NCBI GenBank assembly: GCA_051532055.1 | Contig: JAOPTX010000023.1 | Coordinates: 64,001-128,000 of the forward strand | DNA length: 64,000 bases | Reading direction: 5' to 3' | Origin: Fibrobacterales bacterium | GTDB taxonomy: Bacteria > Fibrobacterota > Fibrobacteria > Fibrobacterales > JAOPTW01 | Shown: positions 9,873-19,904 of the stretch, piece after piece | How positions within the stretch are numbered: the first letter of the stretch is position 1 | Layout: each line of letters opens with the position of its first letter | The notes under the pieces: model-generated | Told to the model about the DNA's origin: nothing | Seen by the model: only the letters and a program-made list of their open reading frames with translations | Databases searched by the model: none | Position numbers and translations under genes: made by a program

Positions 9873-11681
9873 ATGAAACAAACACACATCATTCTTCTCC
9901 TTGCTGTACTTATATTATTGGTTGCCTGTGCCCATGTTGTCCCTCTCACTGGGGGAGAGCCTGACAAGCAGAAACCTTACATTACTGGTATATATCCCAA
10001 AAGTCAAAGCACTCAAGTGCCTCGCGAATTGCAGGCCGTATTTCAATTTAGTGAATGGATTAATGACCGCCCAAATGATTTTAAAAAGGCAGTAACCATT
10101 TCTCCACCGCTTAATAAACTGCTCAAGTTCAACGTTGATGGCGACCGGCTTATGATCACCTCTAATGCAACGCTCGATTCAAATACTACCTATAACCTCG
10201 TTCTATCAACTGAAGTGCAAGATCTAAATGGCAACCAATTGATCTCTCCCTTCAATCTCACCTTTTCTACAGGTGATACCATAGACACTCTTGAACTTGC
10301 TGGTTCAGTACAATACCCTATTGGGTCTCGCGGAAAAATGAGTTCCGTTAAGATTGGCCTCTATCCTACAGGAGAGAACCGTTCATCCTTTGGATACCTC
10401 ACTGAGTTTGCTGACTCAAATGGAGTCGTCGCACCAAATCCTAACTTTTTCGAAGAAAAACCCCTCTATATCACCGGCAGTGACTCATCGGGTCTTTTTC
10501 TTTTTAAAGGCCTCAAAAAAGGGAGCTATGAACTCATCGCCTTTGAGGATAAAAATAACAACGCAAAAGTAAATCTTCCGTCTGAGAAAGTAGCTCTCGC
10601 AAGTGGACCACTGATAATTGGAGACACTACAAAACCTGCGCTCACATTAATAAGTCAAGATACCAATAAACTCAAACTCACCGGTATAGAAATAGAGTAC
10701 CCCAATCGACTTGTTGTTAATTTTAATAAGGCACCTTTTAAAGATAGCGCCCTCATCAATACCAACTATCTCATAATGTCTCTCGATTCGAGCAGAACCT
10801 ACCCAATACAGTCTGTGTATCTTCAGCCAAATTCTAATTATCCCGTACTCACTATTGACTCGCTCGCAGCAGATTCGTCATATGTTATAATTTGTACAAA
10901 CCTACAAGACTCCCTTTCACACCCTCTCGACTCTGCACGTCGTTTTACTCAATTTACCTGGCGACCTCTTATTGACACCCTGCCACCACGTGTGGTGACC
11001 ACACAGCCAAAAGCGCGAGCCAAGGACATCACGCTCGATACAGCAATTACGCTCTTTTATAATAAGCCCGTAACCCCTGATGATTTTACCTATCAACTGG
11101 TTGCCGCTGAAGACACTCTTCCCTATACTGTTGAACAACATGACCCTCTCACTATTACAATCACACCACATAAAGAGCTTCCCAATAATTCAGAAGCGGT
11201 TGTTTCATACCTTACCTCAGACACACTTATTATTGAAGGTGACTCAACTCAGCCTAACGACACAACCATTACTCAACGCGCAAACACCATTCTATCATTC
11301 AATACCTATGAGGTAATAAAAATATCCCAGTTTTCAGGTACCATTCCAGGCAACTATTTTACCCCATCCCAAAAGGGCTCAGCCCAAGCAATCATTACCA
11401 TACAAAACCAGATGACGAAGAATATTTACTCAACCCAATCTATCGACGGCACCTTCACATACAACTCAATTCCAGAAGGCCCATACTTTTTAGAGTACTA
11501 TATTGATACCAATAAAAATTCGCGATGGGATGCTGGCTCTATTTATCCTTTGAGTTACTCAGAGCCTTATCATCGCATTAAAGATACGCTTCATATCGTA
11601 CGAAGCGAACCAAATGTTCTCCAAACATTACTCACACAACTCCAAGACACAACAAGTGTTTTACCTAAGCAGGAACCATGA
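9873..11681 (+). CDS. Lipoprotein with several bacterial Ig-like (Big_5-type) domains
   Basis: Lipobox LVAC, GGEPDKQKP and DTLPPRVV Ig-domain starts, and DKNNNAK/DTNKNSRWD calcium-loop-like motifs. Confidence 0.75.
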   Translation: MKQTHIILLLAVLILLVACAHVVPLTGGEPDKQKPYITGIYPKSQSTQVPRELQAVFQFSEWINDRPNDFKKAVTISPPLNKLLKFNVDGDRLMITSNATLDSNTTYNLVLSTEVQDLNGNQLISPFNLTFSTGDTIDTLELAGSVQYPIGSRGKMSSVKIGLYPTGENRSSFGYLTEFADSNGVVAPNPNFFEEKPLYITGSDSSGLFLFKGLKKGSYELIAFEDKNNNAKVNLPSEKVALASGPLIIGDTTKPALTLISQDTNKLKLTGIEIEYPNRLVVNFNKAPFKDSALINTNYLIMSLDSSRTYPIQSVYLQPNSNYPVLTIDSLAADSSYVIICTNLQDSLSHPLDSARRFTQFTWRPLIDTLPPRVVTTQPKARAKDITLDTAITLFYNKPVTPDDFTYQLVAAEDTLPYTVEQHDPLTITITPHKELPNNSEAVVSYLTSDTLIIEGDSTQPNDTTITQRANTILSFNTYEVIKISQFSGTIPGNYFTPSQKGSAQAIITIQNQMTKNIYSTQSIDGTFTYNSIPEGPYFLEYYIDTNKNSRWDAGSIYPLSYSEPYHRIKDTLHIVRSEPNVLQTLLTQLQDTTSVLPKQEP

Positions 11682-14359
11682 TCACCTCTATCTCTGAATT
11701 TATTGCAATTGACCTTGAAGCTACAGGGCTCGACTACAAAAACGATACTATTATTGAAATTGCCCTTGCGCACTTTATTAATGGTGAAGTCGTTAATTCC
11801 TATAACAAGTGCATCAATCCAGGCTGCCTTATCTCAGCCTTTATTTCAAACCTTACCGGTATCACTCAAGCCGATCTTGATAACGCCCCTACTTTTGCAG
11901 CTGAAGCACAGGAAATCAGAACGTTTATTGGCGACCTTCCTGTTGTAGCCCATAATTCATACTACGATACAACCATGCTTAACACCTGCCTCGAAAAGGT
12001 ATCTGTTCACCTCGTTGAAACCAACCCTGTGTATGACTCTCTTCTTGCCGCGCGAATTGCATGGCCCCATATGGTAAACCATAGACTCGGTACTGTGATA
12101 CAAGAACTCAACATAGATGTCCCTGCTTCACATAGAGCACTTCCCGATGCAATAGCTTCAGGACAGGTATTTATACAGGCTCAGGAAATTTTTACCACGT
12201 ACTCTGAAGTAACTCTACATCAAATGAGCCAAATATGTAGCAGTATACAACAGCCAGCAAACAAGTCGTGGAGTCAACTATTTAATACATCTTCTGAGGC
12301 CCAAGTATCTTCTACCGTAATCGGAGATCCGGCAACTCATGCTCCTCTTACCCCCGAAATTTGTGAGAAACTCAAGAATTCTCCCCTTATCTCTGCCGCA
12401 ACACACCCCCTTAGAGATAAAGTCGACATTTCCCTCAAAGGAACTGAAGTACTCATTGCACAAAATGATCCTCTGTATCCCAAATGTCACTCATATCTTG
12501 TGCCTATTTTTGAACGCATTGCTCATTCAGAAGATCGTGTTGTCATTTCTACCAGTAAATCGAGTCGCAGTGAACTTATCGACCTTATTAAAAAATTAGA
12601 AGATGAGATAAAGCAACCACTCCCTTATTCTATTTTACAATCCCGCGATCAATATCTCTGTTTACAAAAGTTTGCCAATTGTCTTAAAGACCCAGATGTA
12701 CTTCTTTCTGAAAATGAGAAACTTACTTTCCTCACTCTAATACCTTGGGCTCATACCACTGTTACTGGCGACATTACTCGTCACAAGGGGTTTAATCTCA
12801 GCCGCAATAGACAACTCTGGTACAAACTCTCTGGCGCAGGAAGTAGTTGTAGTGGTTCTGACTGCATATCTACTTACAACTGCTTTGCTCATAGAGCACG
12901 TAAACAAGCCGAGAGTGCTCAACTTATAATCGTTGACCATCATGGCTTCTTTACTGACATGCAACTTGATTTTAGCTTTATTCCCCCGTATGACGCCATA
13001 CTCTTTGACGACTCTGGTGATCTGCAATCAGTAGGATACTCATACCTCAACAAATCCATTTGGTACTTTAAACTCAAGAATATAATCCAGACGTTTTCGA
13101 GTCACTACGAACCTGATGTCGGGCTTTATGGACTTCTAAAGAAACACAGTTCATTAGAGCTACTCCCTGAGATTGAAGATCTCCGTGAATTGGTTAAAGG
13201 TTGTGAAAAAAGTCTCCATAGACTATTCATGAAACTGGGTAAAAATATTCACAAGAAAAACAGTGAGAAGCGTTCAAAAATATCATTTACACAATCAATT
13301 GGGCTTGAATTTAATGCAAGCCCTGACAAATTGAATAAAGCATTTGATGCCTGCCTCACTGCACTTGACTCTATTCCTGCTCAACTTTCAGAAAATGATC
13401 ACCTCTTTTTAATAAAAGAGATTAATGAATTCAAAACGTCACTCTCTGATTTTTATCGCGACATTCAATTCGTCTTTACATCAGAAAACGAGAATTTCTG
13501 TTTTTGGACCGAAGAGTTTAATAACCCTCATAAGATACGCATGAATGCAACAGCAATTGATCCAGAGCTCCTTATGCCACCTAAGTTTTATCAGATGGTT
13601 CGCTCTGCGCTTTTTATATCAAATGAACAAACCGTTATGGGTAAAACAAGTTATATTAGAACACTTTTCTCTATTGAAAATTCTAAAAAACACATTCGCC
13701 AATTCGTACTCAATCGTGAAAAGCCTCTTGGTGAAACACTTCCCATTATCATTGGCACTGATACTCATAAAATGCCTTCCCCACAAAAAATGTCGACCAT
13801 AATTAGTACCCTTCAAAAGGTGATGCACAGCTCAACAGGAAAAATTGTGGTAATTTTTCAAAACCCATACTTCTTGCGCCAAGCCAGTAAGGTTCTTGCA
13901 AATGAAGCAAAACAGGGAAGCTGTAAGCTCTATGCACAAGATATCGATAGTGGACTAGATAATCTTATCCCTCTGTTCATCAATGCACCTCATTCAATGC
14001 TCTTAACCACATCGATTTTCCCAAATTTATCTGGTCTCGGGGCAGAGGAACCCCTTACGGTAATCTATACACAACTTCCCTTCCCTGACACCCAGCATCC
14101 TGCATTAAAAGCAACAAGTGAACTTCTCGAAACTCGTTCTATAAATCCATTTACAGAATCTTTGGTACCTCAAGCAGCTATTGCTCTCGAGAAAAGTCTT
14201 AACAATCTTGCACAGCTGAATACCCCTCCCAAAGTAGTATTTCTTGATAGTCGTGCAGCAGCGGAGAAGTACTCTACTGTCTTTACTAATATTTGGAATA
14301 AAAAACACACCCTCTATACTGATGGCGAAGCACTTCTTGCCGCAATAGAGGAGAAATAG
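11678..14359 (+). CDS. DnaQ-like 3'-5' exonuclease fused to a degenerate DinG helicase
   Basis: DEDDh motifs DLEATG, HNSYYD and HRALPDA. DinG-like body (YLCLQK, Cys cluster, LPFP) with eroded ATPase motifs. Confidence 0.85.
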   Translation: MITSISEFIAIDLEATGLDYKNDTIIEIALAHFINGEVVNSYNKCINPGCLISAFISNLTGITQADLDNAPTFAAEAQEIRTFIGDLPVVAHNSYYDTTMLNTCLEKVSVHLVETNPVYDSLLAARIAWPHMVNHRLGTVIQELNIDVPASHRALPDAIASGQVFIQAQEIFTTYSEVTLHQMSQICSSIQQPANKSWSQLFNTSSEAQVSSTVIGDPATHAPLTPEICEKLKNSPLISAATHPLRDKVDISLKGTEVLIAQNDPLYPKCHSYLVPIFERIAHSEDRVVISTSKSSRSELIDLIKKLEDEIKQPLPYSILQSRDQYLCLQKFANCLKDPDVLLSENEKLTFLTLIPWAHTTVTGDITRHKGFNLSRNRQLWYKLSGAGSSCSGSDCISTYNCFAHRARKQAESAQLIIVDHHGFFTDMQLDFSFIPPYDAILFDDSGDLQSVGYSYLNKSIWYFKLKNIIQTFSSHYEPDVGLYGLLKKHSSLELLPEIEDLRELVKGCEKSLHRLFMKLGKNIHKKNSEKRSKISFTQSIGLEFNASPDKLNKAFDACLTALDSIPAQLSENDHLFLIKEINEFKTSLSDFYRDIQFVFTSENENFCFWTEEFNNPHKIRMNATAIDPELLMPPKFYQMVRSALFISNEQTVMGKTSYIRTLFSIENSKKHIRQFVLNREKPLGETLPIIIGTDTHKMPSPQKMSTIISTLQKVMHSSTGKIVVIFQNPYFLRQASKVLANEAKQGSCKLYAQDIDSGLDNLIPLFINAPHSMLLTTSIFPNLSGLGAEEPLTVIYTQLPFPDTQHPALKATSELLETRSINPFTESLVPQAAIALEKSLNNLAQLNTPPKVVFLDSRAAAEKYSTVFTNIWNKKHTLYTDGEALLAAIEEK

Positions 14360-14370
14360 GAGTTACTCCC

Positions 14371-14898
14371 ATGAAGAACAACATTCTCCACTCCGTTACC
14401 TTTGCAAAAAGAGTAGTATTAGGGTCACTCCTTATCCTCTCTTTAGATCTTCTCATAGGGTGTTACTCTTTTTCAAATTCAACGCTTCCCAGTAGCATCA
14501 AAACCATAACTATTTTCCCAACTGAGAATCAAACAATGCAGGCGGTACTTGGTGATAAACTTACCGAACGCATCAAACAGGTATTTACTGCTAACGCTCG
14601 AGAAGTAAGACAGGTCAGTAGTTCTCCCCATAGTGAGTTCTATATTACACTCAAAAAATATGAGAATGAACCTCTTAACTTTTCTGCAGATGCAACCATT
14701 GAGAGTTATCAAGTACGCATTGTTGTTGATGTGCTTTTTAAGGACTTAACCAGTGATGAAATACTATACGAAGGAAGTGACATCGAGGGACTTGGCGCCT
14801 ACAACACTTCAGATGAAGATGAAATATCCCATGGTCAACAACGAGCACTCGAAGACATTGAGCTCATTATCATAAACAATTCACTGTCAGCCTGGTAA
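14371..14898 (+). CDS. lptE: LptE-family lipoprotein
   Basis: Lipobox LIGC-YSF, PSSIKTITI..ENQT pattern, C-terminal Trp; typical size for the family. Confidence 0.75.
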   Translation: MKNNILHSVTFAKRVVLGSLLILSLDLLIGCYSFSNSTLPSSIKTITIFPTENQTMQAVLGDKLTERIKQVFTANAREVRQVSSSPHSEFYITLKKYENEPLNFSADATIESYQVRIVVDVLFKDLTSDEILYEGSDIEGLGAYNTSDEDEISHGQQRALEDIELIIINNSLSAW

Positions 14899-14922
14899 CC
14901 TCTACAATACTAAGGATTTCTA

Positions 14923-15756
14923 ATGGCTCTTCGCTTTACAAAAATGCATGGTTGCGGAAATGATTATGTCTACATCAACTGTTTTACTGAACAGGTAAGT
15001 AACCCAAGCGCTCTTGCACAACAAGTTTCAAATCGCAATTTTGGTATTGGCTCTGATGGACTGATTCTCATTAAACCCTTCGAAGGTGCTGATGCTGAAA
15101 TGGTCATGTATAATGTTGATGGTTCCCTATCTGAAATGTGTGGCAATGGCCTCCGATGCGTTGCGAAATATGTCTATGACCATGGCATAGCCTCCAAAGA
15201 ACAACTCACCCTTATGACTGGTGATGGATTGAAAAATGCCACTATTGCAGCAACAGAGCATGGCGTAGCGACTAACATTACTATTGATATGGGAGTACCA
15301 ACACTCAATGGCGCTTCTATACCTACAACCTGGAACAGCCCCACTGTTGTCAATCAAGTCATTACAGCCGGAGACCGAGAGTTCACAGTAACCTGTGTAA
15401 GTATGGGCAATCCACACTGTGTAATCTATGTTAATGACGTACAAAATTTCCCTATTGAAATCTATGGCCCATTACTAGAAAGTGCATCGTATTTCCCCAA
15501 CAAAATTAATGTCGAATTTGTTGAAATTATTTCTGCTACTGAAGTAATTCAACGTACATGGGAACGTGGCTGTGGAGAAACCCTCGCCTGCGGTACTGGC
15601 GCTTCTGCAGTGTGTGTTGCAGGTGTGTTAACTGGGAAGACAGAAGCAGACTTACTCATTCATCTTACGGGAGGTGATCTCCAACTCTCCTATACCACTA
15701 ATGAAACGGTCATAATGACGGGCCCCGCAGTTGAAGTTTTTACGGGAACACTTTAA
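14923..15756 (+). CDS. dapF: Diaminopimelate epimerase
   Basis: KMHGCGND, EMCGNG, SMGNPH, ERGCGETLACGTG motifs. Confidence 0.97.
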   Translation: MALRFTKMHGCGNDYVYINCFTEQVSNPSALAQQVSNRNFGIGSDGLILIKPFEGADAEMVMYNVDGSLSEMCGNGLRCVAKYVYDHGIASKEQLTLMTGDGLKNATIAATEHGVATNITIDMGVPTLNGASIPTTWNSPTVVNQVITAGDREFTVTCVSMGNPHCVIYVNDVQNFPIEIYGPLLESASYFPNKINVEFVEIISATEVIQRTWERGCGETLACGTGASAVCVAGVLTGKTEADLLIHLTGGDLQLSYTTNETVIMTGPAVEVFTGTL

Positions 15757-15859
15757 CTTTCTGATGGGCTTTTCATCCTTAAAATCACCAACTCCTGCAT
15801 TGTGAATCATTAATCGTTCCTCTTTTCTGATCAAATCGACCTTTTAAAATTCGCTATTT

Positions 15860-15873
15860 TTGATCTAAATCAA
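15860..15873. promoter_or_regulatory. FNR-type box upstream of feoA
   Basis: TTGATCTAAATCAA matches TTGAT-N4-ATCAA exactly. Confidence 0.75.
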
Positions 15874-15922
15874 GAAAAGTGCTACTTTTAGATTGCTAAA
15901 CTGTATAAAAGCAAAATATAGC

Positions 15923-15966
15923 TTGAGACAGCATCTCAATTTATCTACTTTGAGACTAATTCTCAG
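15923..15966. promoter_or_regulatory. Two tandem palindromic operators (Fur-like) upstream of feoA
   Basis: TTGAGACAGCATCTCAA (15923-15939) and TTGAGACTAATTCTCAG (15950-15966). Confidence 0.65.
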
Positions 15967-15981
15967 TCGCAAGGTTAGCAT

Positions 15982-16209
15982 ATGAAATTAAATGATCTCG
16001 AAATCGGTAAACAAGCAACTATTACCGAAATCACTGCCACAGATGAACTTCGTCATAGATTGTTCTCTTTTGGCATTAGACCAGGTAACACCGTAGAAAT
16101 GAAAAATGTTAGTTTTAACCACGCAAACCTTCAAGTAATGATACAATCATCACTCACTAACTTACGAGCAGAAGAGGCCGTTATGGTCATCATAGAGGAG
16201 CTCAAATGA
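15982..16209 (+). CDS. feoA: Ferrous iron transport protein A
   Basis: RLFSFGIRPG and LRAEEA motifs; ATGA overlap with feoB. Confidence 0.93.
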   Translation: MKLNDLEIGKQATITEITATDELRHRLFSFGIRPGNTVEMKNVSFNHANLQVMIQSSLTNLRAEEAVMVIIEELK

Positions 16210-18446
16210 AACAGATTCGCATAGCACTAGTTGGCCAGCCTAACGTTGGTAAAACACTTCTTATTAACTCTGTTAGTGGTTCTAAACTGAAAGTGGGTAA
16301 TTTTGCAGGGGTCACTGTTGAGAAAAAAGAGATCTCATTCGAATATGAAGGGCACGAAATTATTATTACTGACCTTCCCGGCACCTATTCTCTCAATGAC
16401 TATACTCTTGAAGAGCGTGTAACAAAAACCTACCTCCTCAATGATAGGTATGATATGATTCTCAATGTTCTCGATTCCACAAATCTTGAACGTAACCTCT
16501 ATCTCACTACAGAACTATTAGAGCTCGATGCCAAAATGGTGTGCGCCCTTAATATGAGTGATGAAGCAAAAAAAGAGAACATTCATATTGACGCCTCTCA
16601 GTTGAGTACCATTCTAGGCATACCTTGTCATAAAGTATCAGCAGCTACAAAAGAAGGTATTGAACTTCTCATAAAAGAGATCGTATCAACATATACTGCT
16701 GAGAAAAAAGCGATGAAGGTAACCTATAGCGAAGCTATAGAGGAACAGTTAGAAACAATCCAATCGTTTTTGGAATCAAAAAACACACAACTCCTTTCGG
16801 GAGGCTTTAATGTGTCCCACCGAAGAGCAGCAGTCCTTCTCTTACAAGAAGACGCTGCGTTTTATAAAGTGATTCATGAACATCCTATATGGATTGAACT
16901 TTCTGATGTTTTAAAAAAATGTTTAAAACAAACCTACGATTTTCATGACACAAAAGATATGCTCGAAATTTTTCATGAAGAACGCTATGCTTTTGCAAAG
17001 GGCGCTACCCTTGAGACTGTTAAAGTTGACGCAAAAATAGGAACGACTATAACTGAAAAGATTGACTCACTTTTAATTCACAAAGTGTTTGGTCTGTTTA
17101 TTTTCCTAGGCTTTATGTACGGCCTTTTTGAAATCACCTTTACCCTTGGCGCAGTTCCAATGGACTACATCGATGCCCTCTTCAGTTGGTTTGGTGACAC
17201 TATCGGTGGAGTCATTACCAATGATGCAGTGAGATCCCTCATTGTAGATGGTATCATTGCTGGTGTTGGTGCCGTTGTAATGTTCTTACCCAACATCATT
17301 ATCCTTTTTATCGGTATTGCTCTTTTAGAAAATACCGGGTATATGTCTCGTGTAGCATTTTTGCTTGATGGTCTATTCCATAAATTTGGCCTTCATGGTA
17401 AGAGCTTTATCCCCCTTGTTGCTGGGTTTGGTTGTTCAGTACCTGCCTACATGTCAGCACGTATATTAAAGAATGAAAAAGACCGCATCATTACCATGTT
17501 TATCATTGGATTCATGAGCTGCGGTGCGAAACTCCCCATTTTTGTGGTATTCTGTGGAGCATTTTTCCCACAGGCACCAGGGCTTGCGCTCTTCCTCGTA
17601 TACATATTAGGTATTCTCATTGGTCTTATTTCGGCAAAGATTTTAAAAATAACAGCCTTTAAAGGTCAGGATGAACCATTTGTAATGGAAATGCCTAAAT
17701 ACAGAGCCCCATCCCTACGCCTTATGTGGAATATGGTTTCTGCAAAATCGTTTTCATATTTAAAAAAAGCTGGTACCTATATTCTAGCCGCTTCTATGAT
17801 AATTTGGTTTGCAAGTAATTATCCTAAAAATTTAGATCTCATCGCACAAGCTCATTCAGTTGAAATAGCTATATCTGAAGATTATGCAAAACAGATCGTA
17901 CTCTCTGCAGAGTTGATACATCAACAAGGTATAGCTGATACTGCTATTACTCAAGAGCACACAATCAAAGAAATTGAGGCAGCAACTAAAGAACTAGAAG
18001 CTACACGTGATGGATTAATTGCCGAGAACAATTACACCCTACAAAAATCTCAATTAGAAAAAAGTGCACTGGGAATTATTGGAAAGGCAACTAATTGGTT
18101 TTTTGAACCTCTCGGATTTGATTGGAGGCAGACCGTTGCTCTTGAGATGGGGCTCCTTGCAAAAGAAGTAGCAATTTCAACACTAGGAATTCTGTACGCA
18201 TTAGGCGATGACGTTGATGCAGAGAACGAATCACTGCCAACCGTGCTCAAAAAAGAAGTACCAATGAATTCAGCAGTAGCATTTATGCTTTTTAGCTTGC
18301 TATACCTTCCTTGCCTCGCAGCAGTATCAGTATTTAAGAAAGAAGCTGGTGGATTTAAATATGTAGCATATCTATTCCTATTTACGACAGCAGTAGCATG
18401 GATTGTTGGATTTATAGGATACCATGTCACAAACATTTTTATATAA
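16206..18446 (+). CDS. feoB: Ferrous iron transport protein B
   Basis: GQPNVGKT, GVTVE, DLPG and NMSD GTPase motifs; GFGCSVPA and YLPC gate motifs. Confidence 0.97.
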   Translation: MKQIRIALVGQPNVGKTLLINSVSGSKLKVGNFAGVTVEKKEISFEYEGHEIIITDLPGTYSLNDYTLEERVTKTYLLNDRYDMILNVLDSTNLERNLYLTTELLELDAKMVCALNMSDEAKKENIHIDASQLSTILGIPCHKVSAATKEGIELLIKEIVSTYTAEKKAMKVTYSEAIEEQLETIQSFLESKNTQLLSGGFNVSHRRAAVLLLQEDAAFYKVIHEHPIWIELSDVLKKCLKQTYDFHDTKDMLEIFHEERYAFAKGATLETVKVDAKIGTTITEKIDSLLIHKVFGLFIFLGFMYGLFEITFTLGAVPMDYIDALFSWFGDTIGGVITNDAVRSLIVDGIIAGVGAVVMFLPNIIILFIGIALLENTGYMSRVAFLLDGLFHKFGLHGKSFIPLVAGFGCSVPAYMSARILKNEKDRIITMFIIGFMSCGAKLPIFVVFCGAFFPQAPGLALFLVYILGILIGLISAKILKITAFKGQDEPFVMEMPKYRAPSLRLMWNMVSAKSFSYLKKAGTYILAASMIIWFASNYPKNLDLIAQAHSVEIAISEDYAKQIVLSAELIHQQGIADTAITQEHTIKEIEAATKELEATRDGLIAENNYTLQKSQLEKSALGIIGKATNWFFEPLGFDWRQTVALEMGLLAKEVAISTLGILYALGDDVDAENESLPTVLKKEVPMNSAVAFMLFSLLYLPCLAAVSVFKKEAGGFKYVAYLFLFTTAVAWIVGFIGYHVTNIFI

Positions 18447-18463
18447 CATACCAATTACAAGGC

Positions 18464-18484
18464 GGGCTCTTCTGAGCCCTTTTT
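18464..18484 (+). terminator. Intrinsic terminator after feoB
   Basis: GGGCTC-TTCT-GAGCCC followed by T5. Confidence 0.7.
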
Positions 18485-18496
18485 AATACACGCCCT

Positions 18497-18513
18497 TTGA
18501 GACTAAGACTCAA
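18497..18513. promoter_or_regulatory. Third copy of the feo operator palindrome
   Basis: TTGAGACTAAGACTCAA, similar to the two boxes upstream of feoA. Confidence 0.6.
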
Positions 18514-18528
18514 TTTTATGGAGACACT

Positions 18529-18657
18529 ATGCAACGATATAGACAAATAGGCCTACGCGCGTTTTTTAACACCATGAATGAATACCGTACTCCCTTACCC
18601 AAACATCCAATAAAAAAAAGTCAAAATATAGACAGAGGATATACCGATGGACAATAA
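18529..18657 (+). CDS. Putative 42-aa small protein (not in the ORF track)
   Basis: GGAG SD then MQRYRQIGLRAFFNTMNEYRTPLPKHPIKKSQNIDRGYTDGQ*; overlaps the start of the next gene. Confidence 0.4.
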   Translation: MQRYRQIGLRAFFNTMNEYRTPLPKHPIKKSQNIDRGYTDGQ

Positions 18658-19312
18658 GCCTTGGACACTAATAGTATTCTGCTTAACCACATTTACAGCA
18701 TCCCTTTTAGCACAAAATAAACCCTTTTCTGCATCAGTAGAACTCATACGTGACTTCGCTCTAACCGCGGATGAACAGCCCATTGAAAACACAATTGCTA
18801 TTGAAACAGACAGAGCTTCTGTTACCTTCGGTATAGAAAATATATACTACGGATCTGCATCAACACCTTCGGCAACATCTGATGAGATTAACCTTTATGC
18901 CGGTATAGCATTGGGAGAGCATATCACAACTACACTTTTACAAAGGCTTTTCCTAGAAGACACCGGAGAACTCAATACAAATCTCAGTGGTGGTGGGATC
19001 GTGAGTCTTGGGTTTGAATCATTTATCAATATCACTGACGATAATGAATTCACGGTGACCTATACAGACCCTACATGGGAATACTTAAATACCCTCCTTT
19101 TAGAATACCCACTTTATGAGTCAGGCGCTCTGAGTGCAGGTTTAGGTGTCGAAAATGAACTCATTCTTGCAAAGGATAGTGATGCTGTAAATGGAACTCT
19201 CTTCTTTGTGAGCGTAGGATATGAATCGGTTGCACTGACCGGTGGATACATTATAGAGGCCGCACCTGAAGTTGCCCACTCCTTAGAATTTGGATTAACT
19301 TTTGAATTATAA
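18647..19312 (+). CDS. Secreted acidic protein, probable small outer-membrane beta-barrel
   Basis: Signal peptide, alternating hydrophobic strands, C-terminal EFGLTFEL, GAGGA SD. Confidence 0.55.
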   Translation: MDNKPWTLIVFCLTTFTASLLAQNKPFSASVELIRDFALTADEQPIENTIAIETDRASVTFGIENIYYGSASTPSATSDEINLYAGIALGEHITTTLLQRLFLEDTGELNTNLSGGGIVSLGFESFINITDDNEFTVTYTDPTWEYLNTLLLEYPLYESGALSAGLGVENELILAKDSDAVNGTLFFVSVGYESVALTGGYIIEAAPEVAHSLEFGLTFEL

Positions 19313-19389
19313 ATAACAGAAGAAAAGTGTCATTGACTCCCCACCTTTTTCAAGACACTCCCTCATCCTACACCAATAAGAGGCATATC

Positions 19390-19827
19390 ATGTTTAACAG
19401 TAAAATTATTGCAACAAAAGAGACCATTGGATCAATCTGCTTTGAATCAGAGTGGGCAACACTTTCATGTGGCCGTACAACACTTCGATTTACCGAAGTA
19501 GAGTTTAAGTACCTTTCGACACTCGCTGCAGATACACTTACGAACATTAGCTGTGAGAGTCACACTGAATCTCTTATGAGTAAAAAAGAAGGGTTTGGCA
19601 AAATACTTCGGTTCAGTGATCGGTGGTATAAATTTATTTTTCTCAATACCAGTATCATGCTCACAAAAGAGAAAGCACTTCTCCTTTGTGAGATGATTCT
19701 TGATGGATGGAATACCTTAAACCCAGATGCTCCATTATACAAAACCCCTAGTAGTTCCCCTCTTGATGATGATATTATTGAGTTGATTGAGTTAATAGAA
19801 AATCAATGGGGAGGTTCATTAACATAA
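19390..19827 (+). CDS. Hypothetical cytoplasmic protein with an internally duplicated module
   Basis: ATG at 19390 after GAGG; two similar strand-strand-helix segments. Confidence 0.6.
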   Translation: MFNSKIIATKETIGSICFESEWATLSCGRTTLRFTEVEFKYLSTLAADTLTNISCESHTESLMSKKEGFGKILRFSDRWYKFIFLNTSIMLTKEKALLLCEMILDGWNTLNPDAPLYKTPSSSPLDDDIIELIELIENQWGGSLT

Positions 19828-19904
19828 CCCTACTTTTATGCTCAATTTCCCCTAAAAACAATAATTTTACAAGTCGATACTCATGGTTAGGTTTCTCCTT
19901 TTTA

